Origin: Bacteroidota bacterium | GTDB taxonomy: Bacteria; Bacteroidota; Bacteroidia; AKYH767-A; 2013-40CM-41-45 | Length of the DNA: 64,000 bases | Direction: 5' to 3' | NCBI GenBank assembly: GCA_016708785.1 | Contig: JADJFC010000006.1 | Span: forward strand, 185,411-249,410 | Part shown: piece by piece, positions 58,901-64,000 of the stretch | Layout: each line of letters opens with the position of its first letter | Position numbering within the stretch: position 1 is the stretch's first letter | Translations under genes and position numbers: made by a program | The notes under the pieces: model-generated | Told to the model about the DNA's origin: nothing | Database searches by the model: none | What the model saw: the letters and a program-made list of their open reading frames with translations, nothing else

Positions 58901-60966
58901 CCCGATGCATCGCATGGCGCATTCACGGCACTTGCATTTACCGTTAGTAATGCAGGTTGAGTAATCGTTGCAGTTGCTGTTCGCTTACATCCTATTGCAT
59001 CGGTAAATTCTACGGTTTGTATTCCGGCACACATGCCACTCAGAGTATCGTTATCACTGCCATTATCCCATTGATAGGTTTTCTGATATGGCGAAGTTCC
59101 GACAGCGACTAATTGTCCATCGCATGCATTCAGACAAGAAACATTTTGCTGAACAATATTCAATGAACAATTACATCTTCCCGGCATATTTGAATCGAGC
59201 CACGATAATCGTCTGCTCATCCAATTTTTCAGATTCTGAATTTCTCCTGCATAAGTTGATGGTTGAGGCGAAGGATTCGGCCACACATATGTTCCAAGAA
59301 TTGGCCATTGATTAAAATTCCAGTCTTTCGATTCATTCAACAAATTTGCAATGGAATCTATTACGCCATTTATATGCGACAGACTTAAAACGTTGTTTCT
59401 GTAATCTGTCCAGCGGCATTTCATCTGATTGGTATAATTCGTATCCTGTTGCAATTTTTGCCACCAGAAAGGAACCTGCCAGCTATCGCCTGTACATGAG
59501 AATAAATATGCCCAGCCGGTTGTATCTGTTGCATCACAATAATTCGCATTTCCATAGGCAATATCGTAATCCCAAACCGGACCGGCTTTCAAAGTCTTTT
59601 CTTTGTCTTTGTACAAATACGAACTGATCCGATATCCATCGACATTCTTGCTCAACTCATTCGAGAAAAAATAATCGATCCATGAACCGTTGCCGATAAA
59701 TTTCTGATAGCCTACAATTGAATCACGAAAATTATTTCCTGCCAAGGCGTTTTCAAAACTATCGACATAAGCCTTAATATATGCCTTTTGCGAAGGAACT
59801 ATACTGTCAGTTGAAGGATAGTCATATTGAATGAAAATATCCTGACCATTTGAATGATTGATTGGCGCATAAGCAGAAGTCCAGCCATCGCCACCACTCC
59901 CTGTTGTCTTATCGATCTTAACTATGTACCCTCCTGTTATATCCGGTGCAGTGATTTCCGTTCTTTCCAGCTTACTTATATCGACACGATTTTTATCGCG
60001 TTTCAGACTTTCCATAAAAACATATACTCCCCAGTATTGTCCATTGAGAACAACATCAACATATTTTGTTCGAACAGCGTAATGACCCATTTCATTTGCG
60101 AGTTGGTATGAAACAACATTTCTGCAAAATGATTTATCGGTATAATTTGCACTAAGGATCCAGTCGTGTTCTGAAGGCATTCCTAACAATGAAGTATCGA
60201 CATTCACTAAACCACTATTATCACGCGTTTCAAAACCAAAAGACTTTTTCGGAAACATTTGTGAACTGGAGCCTCTTACTTCTATTGCAATTTTACCATC
60301 GTAATTATTTGGAACATCAGACACATGATTTCTCAAACCAATTCCATTATCGATGATCTTCATATCGACAATGATCTTTGGATCATCAGGAATTGTTTGT
60401 CCATTTGTATTGATGATCACAATTGGCAATGAGGATTCCGTAAAAATAAATGTCAATGCAGGTGAATTACTGAATTTAATACTCCAACCCGTTAAAGATC
60501 CGGTGACACCGTTGTTAGAATCATCGATGACACGCAATTGCCATGTTCCATTTCCATTCTGGTTATTATTCACTCTCCAAAGATCTCCTTCGGGTTTAAA
60601 CGTTCCTGTGAAAGGCGCGCTTCCGGAAGTGATTGACGTACTTGCGCTATGCTTGAAAACAGTATTCGTGAAATTGTTTCCTGTACCACCGTTGTCAGTA
60701 GTCAGTTCGATCATTGTTCCATCAGGAGCAGCAAGAAAACAATCGATGTCGCGATCTGATCCATGTGAAATATTTATCGTTACGGATTCCAATCCATAAT
60801 TGAAATCGATTGGATTGGCAAGACCTGTAACAGGAATATTAAATCGTGATGTATCGGTCAATGTAATAATTGATCCACCGGAGCCTGTAAAAACCTGTGC
60901 ATTCAAACTATCCTTAGAAAAAAAGAATAGCAGAAATCCACATAAAAAAATCTTGAGTGTTCTCAT
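55933..60966 (-). CDS. Giant T9SS cargo: proprotein-convertase P-domain + CotH kinase-like domain + about 13 SprB repeats + type-A CTD
   Basis: 1677 aa. N-terminus INISHGSDRDIDCFLAAPDGTMIEL...GTWQLRVIDDSNNGVTGSLTGWSIKF is a P-domain. YTDKSFCRNVVSYQLANEMGHYAVRTKYVDVVLNGQYWGVYVFMESLKRD is a CotH block. Then Cys-rich about 70-80-aa repeats with VSGG.GPYTYSW..G.....AT.L.AGNYTVT.TD..GC (SprB repeat). The end YVYPNPAGDYAVFAF...GVYFYTYT is a CTD. Confidence 0.8.
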   Translation of the reverse strand: MRTLKIFLCGFLLFFFSKDSLNAQVFTGSGGSIITLTDTSRFNIPVTGLANPIDFNYGLESVTINISHGSDRDIDCFLAAPDGTMIELTTDNGGTGNNFTNTVFKHSASTSITSGSAPFTGTFKPEGDLWRVNNNQNGNGTWQLRVIDDSNNGVTGSLTGWSIKFSNSPALTFIFTESSLPIVIINTNGQTIPDDPKIIVDMKIIDNGIGLRNHVSDVPNNYDGKIAIEVRGSSSQMFPKKSFGFETRDNSGLVNVDTSLLGMPSEHDWILSANYTDKSFCRNVVSYQLANEMGHYAVRTKYVDVVLNGQYWGVYVFMESLKRDKNRVDISKLERTEITAPDITGGYIVKIDKTTGSGGDGWTSAYAPINHSNGQDIFIQYDYPSTDSIVPSQKAYIKAYVDSFENALAGNNFRDSIVGYQKFIGNGSWIDYFFSNELSKNVDGYRISSYLYKDKEKTLKAGPVWDYDIAYGNANYCDATDTTGWAYLFSCTGDSWQVPFWWQKLQQDTNYTNQMKCRWTDYRNNVLSLSHINGVIDSIANLLNESKDWNFNQWPILGTYVWPNPSPQPSTYAGEIQNLKNWMSRRLSWLDSNMPGRCNCSLNIVQQNVSCLNACDGQLVAVGTSPYQKTYQWDNGSDNDTLSGMCAGIQTVEFTDAIGCKRTATATITQPALLTVNASAVNAPCDASGCAGQATANVSGGTSPFTYAWSDGQTTATATNLCSGSYSVIVTDAGGCSKTTTVNIVNPSSPIIALNNVTNATCFNQAGGSASVTVSGGSGPYTYSWSPSGGSNSTATNLLAGNYTVTATDVTGCPASMNIVISQPTPIIVSVTETDVRCYGGSTGSAQATVSGGIGSYQYNWLPGNQTGSTINNISAGSYSVTVTDVNNCSRTESVNISQAPVINATVSSTPVNCNNGSDGSASVISSGGTGTLTYLWNVGGQTSSTISGLAPGTYNVTVRDSFNCSVNSGVTLTNPAALSATTSSTTSICASATGSAQVNASGGTGTYTYLWQPNGQTTAAINNIVAGNYSVTITDQRGCTLEQSVIVNSASGMTVAISNNVSVSCFGGSNGAATVSVTGAKAPMTFSWSPVGGSDSVATNLQAGIYSVEINDDNGCTTIQQVEILQPDQLSIVSTADSVSCYGGNNGRLEANASGGTRPYTYLWTPSGGTDSIATNLLAGNYSVRVTDSRNCSTTQSATVLQPTRLAVISSVVNSTCGLANGEVNLSPSGGNAPYNFSWTPNVSSSAIATGLSPGNYTIVVSDANLCSRNLGVTVTTSSLPDLNVTSLVETSCNSTDDGSIVLSTTGGTGPYSYTWLPDVSNTNSATQILGGIYSVVVIDNLGCQDSIGVILPEPSPLGALMIPYDVSCFGNTDGRIVASVGGGTMPYTYLWTPSGQTTDSATNLSPGTYSVLLTDDHGCTAIASALVQSPDPVVVTSTSSGHTCFAECTGSAELSVSGGSAPYSYLWSNGETTETISNGCSGTIDVTISDALGCIENRQFTFTQDDSLSLITSHTDASCISCADGTADATVRGGFPPYSYSWTPGNFTTSIVTGLTAGTYMICITDSNSCVKCDSVIVLEPGTSTSEIKNNSPLYVYPNPAGDYAVFAFVTNESQSVSVKIFDVTGKLVQTVVDGNLDSGEHLFRVETTELVPGVYFYTYTNAKSRKTGTLVISK

Positions 60967-61117
60967 GAGAAAATAAGTCTTAATGAATGATTGCGAAACA
61001 GAAAATTCCGGTTCACATCATTGTATTTTACTCTTTAGAGACTTGAAAAGTTGTTCTAAAAATAGCTAAAATAGCTCTAAATGTTACAATTATTTATTTA
61101 TTTCACTGGAACTTTTC

Positions 61118-61510
61118 CTACACCTCAAAAGCAAGAGCAGCAATAACTATCGTAGTACCTGCGAAAAGAGTCCCCTGTGTTTTTAGTCCGGAATAAATCA
61201 AAAAAGAAGAAAACGCCATTCCACTCATAATAATAACAAAAGCAAATATCACTCTTAACAAGTCAAGAGAGTGAATTCTAGAGTTGCTATTTTCAAAAAG
61301 ACTCATTCTTCTTTCATTAAAATTTATCCTTGCAGCTTGCTCTTGTTCTGCACGAGCTTTCAGCCAATTTACACATTCAGGATCTACTTCTTTGTACTTT
61401 GCTAACTCTGCAGCTTCAGGAAGAAAGCTGTCATCTGTTGTTTCTATATGTTCAATTGCAGATGTATTTCCCCTCTGAGCCGCCTTAATTTGACGAGAAC
61501 TCTTTCCCAT
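61118..61510 (-). CDS. Small membrane protein, DUF2335-like (two C-terminal TMS)
   Basis: 130 aa. Hydrophilic N-terminal half, then LLRVIFAFVIIMSGMAFSSFLIYSGL and LFAGTTIVIAALAFEV helices. Confidence 0.5.
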   Translation of the reverse strand: MGKSSRQIKAAQRGNTSAIEHIETTDDSFLPEAAELAKYKEVDPECVNWLKARAEQEQAARINFNERRMSLFENSNSRIHSLDLLRVIFAFVIIMSGMAFSSFLIYSGLKTQGTLFAGTTIVIAALAFEV

Positions 61511-61860
61511 TTCAAAAAAAATTATTTATGACAATAATCGTGATGGGCCTTTTTTATGTCATTGCTTACATTCTTCCAATCTGCTCTAAGATTAGCTTTA
61601 TCAGCAGACCGTTCAATATATTTTGTGTCCGACATATCAACATCAAACAAGTCATTTAAACTTCTCTGATCGGTATGAGAAACAGAAAAACTCCATTCAT
61701 TCCTGAAAAGAATTCCACTAAAAATTTTAAATACTTGTTCATGATTGTTGAACGATTTAAGTGTCCATTTGTTTACACTGCAAAGATATTAAGTAAAACA
61801 GGAAGACTCCAACCAATAAATGATGGATATTATATTATTTAATTAAAAGTTTATTTAAAC

Positions 61861-62355
61861 TCAGTCAAGGAAAACCATTACCTGATTCTTGTCTACTTTA
61901 TCTCCTTTGATGACTTTCACCGATTTCACAACTCCATCGGCCGGCGATTTCAGGATATTTTCCATTTTCATGGCTTCTAAAACAACAATAGCATCGCCTT
62001 TCTTGATTTTTTGGCCACTTTCAACCATAACCTGAAGTACCATTCCCGGCATTGGCGCTTTTATGTCATTAACTTTCTTTCCTGCAGCACCATCAATTCC
62101 CATTTGTTGTAAAAGCTGGTCAAATCGATCTTGTACTTTAACTGTATAAATAGTGCTATTTACCTTAATTTCAAAGCTTTTCTCGTCATTATCATAAGAA
62201 ATTACTTCAGCCGTAAATGATTGGTGATCACTTATAATATGAAATTTTCCTTCTTTGAACTCCAGAACATCGGCATCAAATGGCTTGGTATCTATAGAAT
62301 TACTTCCGTTTTCCGACGCTATTGTGAAGTCCTTTTTATCTACTGTTACTTTGTA
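61861..62355 (-). CDS. Biotin/lipoyl-attachment domain protein (biotin carboxyl carrier-like)
   Basis: C-terminal PMPGMVLQVMVESGQKIKKGDAIVVLEAMKMENILKSPADGVV with the EAMKM biotinylation motif. The likely start is the internal ATG (MYKVTVD...). The ORF-track start is 62400. Confidence 0.7.
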   Translation of the reverse strand, partial: YKVTVDKKDFTIASENGSNSIDTKPFDADVLEFKEGKFHIISDHQSFTAEVISYDNDEKSFEIKVNSTIYTVKVQDRFDQLLQQMGIDGAAGKKVNDIKAPMPGMVLQVMVESGQKIKKGDAIVVLEAMKMENILKSPADGVVKSVKVIKGDKVDKNQVMVFLD

Positions 62356-62454
62356 CATAAAGTAAAGATAGAGATTTTTAACAAAAACTCTTAAAGCCAT
62401 TATAAATATTCGAAAATAAAGTGCTTTTTTTTATTCAAATTCTATCTTTGAACG

Positions 62455-64000
62455 ATGCGAAATTATGCGATTCTAAGTTTCGGACTGATTTTAATATTGT
62501 CCGCTTGCAAGACCACTGAACAAAAAAAATCAAATGGAAAAAAAGATGAGACAATTTATGTTGTTTCAGCTTATGAAAGTGCTTATACAAGAAGAGCTGA
62601 TCTGATAAATACAAAGCTTTTTCTTACACCGCTGTGGAAAAAAAGAGAGATGAAAGGAAAAGCTGAAATCACTTTCAAGCAACATTTTTATCCTTCAGAT
62701 AGCGTCACATTCAATGCTCGCGGGATGACAATAAATTCTGTAACGCTTGTGAATGGCAACGATCGCATTTCGCTCAAATATAATTATGACTCCTTATTAC
62801 TTACCATTCGTCTTCCTCGAACTTATTTATCGGAAGAAATAATTACCGTATCCATTGACTACATTTCAAATCCGGAATCACTGGATATCGGCGGAAGTTC
62901 TGCGATCAACAGCGACAAAGGACTTTACTTTGTTGATGTAGACAGCGTAGACGATAGCAGGCCGACACAACTTTGGACGCAAGGTGAAACACAAAGCAAT
63001 TCTGTTTGGTTCCCTACAATTGAATCACCTGAACAAAAAACAACAACAGAAATTTTTATCACAACTGATTCCGCTTTTAAGACCTTGTCAAATGGCTTGC
63101 TACTTGAAACAATAAACAACAACAATGGCACATTCACCTGGCATTGGAAACAAGATTTTCCTGCTGCTCCTTATCTTGTAATGATCGCTGTTGGCGATTT
63201 TGCAATTGTAAAAGACAAATGGAATGGCATTGAAGTAAGTTATTATGTCGATCCTGCCTATGAAAAATATGCAAGACAAACATTCGGCAAAACTCCGGAA
63301 ATGATGACCTTCTTCTCGAAATTGCTTGGAATAACTTATCCGTGGCAAAAATACAGTCAGATCGTTGTTCATGATTTTGTTTCCGGCGCCATGGAAAATG
63401 TAGCAGCAGTAGTTCACGGTACAAATATGCATCAGGTTCCGGGAACTTATATAGATGACAACTACGAACACTATATCTCACACGAATTATTTCATCATTG
63501 GTTTGGGAACATGGTTACGTGTCGTTCATGGAGCAACGTTACATTGAATGAGGGTTTCGCCAATTATGCTGAATATTTATGGATGGAATACAAATACGGC
63601 AAGACAGTAGCAGAAAGTCATTTGGTGGAAGAGCTGCGGATCTATCTGCGTTCGACAGACAAATCCGATCCTGCTTTGATCCGTTATCAATTTGAAGACA
63701 GAGAAGACATGTATGACAGAGTTTCATACAACAAAGGCGGATGTGTTCTTCACATGCTTCGAAATTATCTTGGCGACTCTGCATTTTTCAAAGGATGCAA
63801 CTTATACCTTACCCAAAATAAATTCTCAAGTACTGAAGCAGACAACCTGCGCCATGCCTTTGAAAAAGTTTCAGGAGAAGATCTGAATTGGTTTTTTAAT
63901 CAATGGTATTACAGAGGCGGTCACCCTATTCTAAATGTTTCATACAAATGGAACAATTCTCTGAAGAAAGAAATTATAACGATCAAACAAGTTCAGGATC
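62455..64000 (+). CDS. M1-family zinc aminopeptidase (aminopeptidase N-like) lipoprotein, 3' end outside window
   Basis: Lipobox LILILSAC. GAMEN exopeptidase motif (FVSGAMENVAAV). HEXXH-18-E zinc site (HELFHHWFGNMVTCRSWSNVTLNEGFANYAE). The frame is open to 64000 and is not in the ORF track because no stop falls inside the window. Confidence 0.85.
   Translation, partial: MRNYAILSFGLILILSACKTTEQKKSNGKKDETIYVVSAYESAYTRRADLINTKLFLTPLWKKREMKGKAEITFKQHFYPSDSVTFNARGMTINSVTLVNGNDRISLKYNYDSLLLTIRLPRTYLSEEIITVSIDYISNPESLDIGGSSAINSDKGLYFVDVDSVDDSRPTQLWTQGETQSNSVWFPTIESPEQKTTTEIFITTDSAFKTLSNGLLLETINNNNGTFTWHWKQDFPAAPYLVMIAVGDFAIVKDKWNGIEVSYYVDPAYEKYARQTFGKTPEMMTFFSKLLGITYPWQKYSQIVVHDFVSGAMENVAAVVHGTNMHQVPGTYIDDNYEHYISHELFHHWFGNMVTCRSWSNVTLNEGFANYAEYLWMEYKYGKTVAESHLVEELRIYLRSTDKSDPALIRYQFEDREDMYDRVSYNKGGCVLHMLRNYLGDSAFFKGCNLYLTQNKFSSTEADNLRHAFEKVSGEDLNWFFNQWYYRGGHPILNVSYKWNNSLKKEIITIKQVQD

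Noticed and set aside
61536-61720. Short minus-strand reading frame (about 56 aa, ...SFSVSHTDQRSLNDLFDVDMSDTKYIERSADKANLRADWKNVSNDIKKAHHDYCHK) upstream of the DUF2335-like gene
   Set aside because: It is below the ORF-track threshold, interrupted by stops upstream, and has no start codon in frame. It is possibly a gene remnant but cannot be supported from sequence alone.

Overview
This window looks like a Bacteroidota chromosome segment. The evidence is the Bacteroidetes-type TAnnTTTG promoter motif, many T9SS C-terminal sorting domains, GxxExxY and CHU_C/SprB proteins, and a short-form NuoG. Annotated content on the minus strand includes a complete complex I nuoA-nuoK operon (20592 down to 12307) that ends after nuoK with no contiguous nuoLMN. 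There is also a Y-family polymerase dinB divergently paired with an XRE-HTH/S24 LexA-like repressor. Other genes are PPK2, a TetR/HlyD(EmrA)/EmrB efflux operon, an ECF sigma/anti-sigma pair followed by two GIN(DUF2807) beta-helix proteins (one fused to an OM beta-barrel), sdaA, a TMEM175-like channel, lepA, metF, ribE, a futalosine-pathway radical SAM enzyme, pepA(M17), pdxA, a TonB-dependent receptor, a biotin-carrier-like protein and a 3'-partial M1 aminopeptidase. Nine T9SS cargo proteins are present, including a 1677-aa CotH + proprotein-convertase P-domain + 13x SprB-repeat giant, a tail-fibre-like protein with a phage-type S74 intramolecular chaperone domain, and two paralogous esterases flanking a decayed IS110-family transposase. 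The intergenic space is unusually structured. At least eight families of dispersed 'simple-word' palindromic repeats occur, based on words such as GTCAAAGG, CGCAGAAT, GGTGAGTGG, CGTTTATCG, TTCGTAA, ACTTTGAAC, GTGAACTTGTG and GTTTAAAAAGTTTAATGGG. Some lie inside the nuo operon, and some create false ATG N-terminal extensions for nuoH and lepA in the ORF track. Three genes carry apparent single-base frameshifts: nuoJ, a CHU_C T9SS gene and the TonB receptor. Because nuoJ is essential, indel sequencing errors are as likely as true pseudogenes. No CRISPR array, rRNA or tRNA was found.
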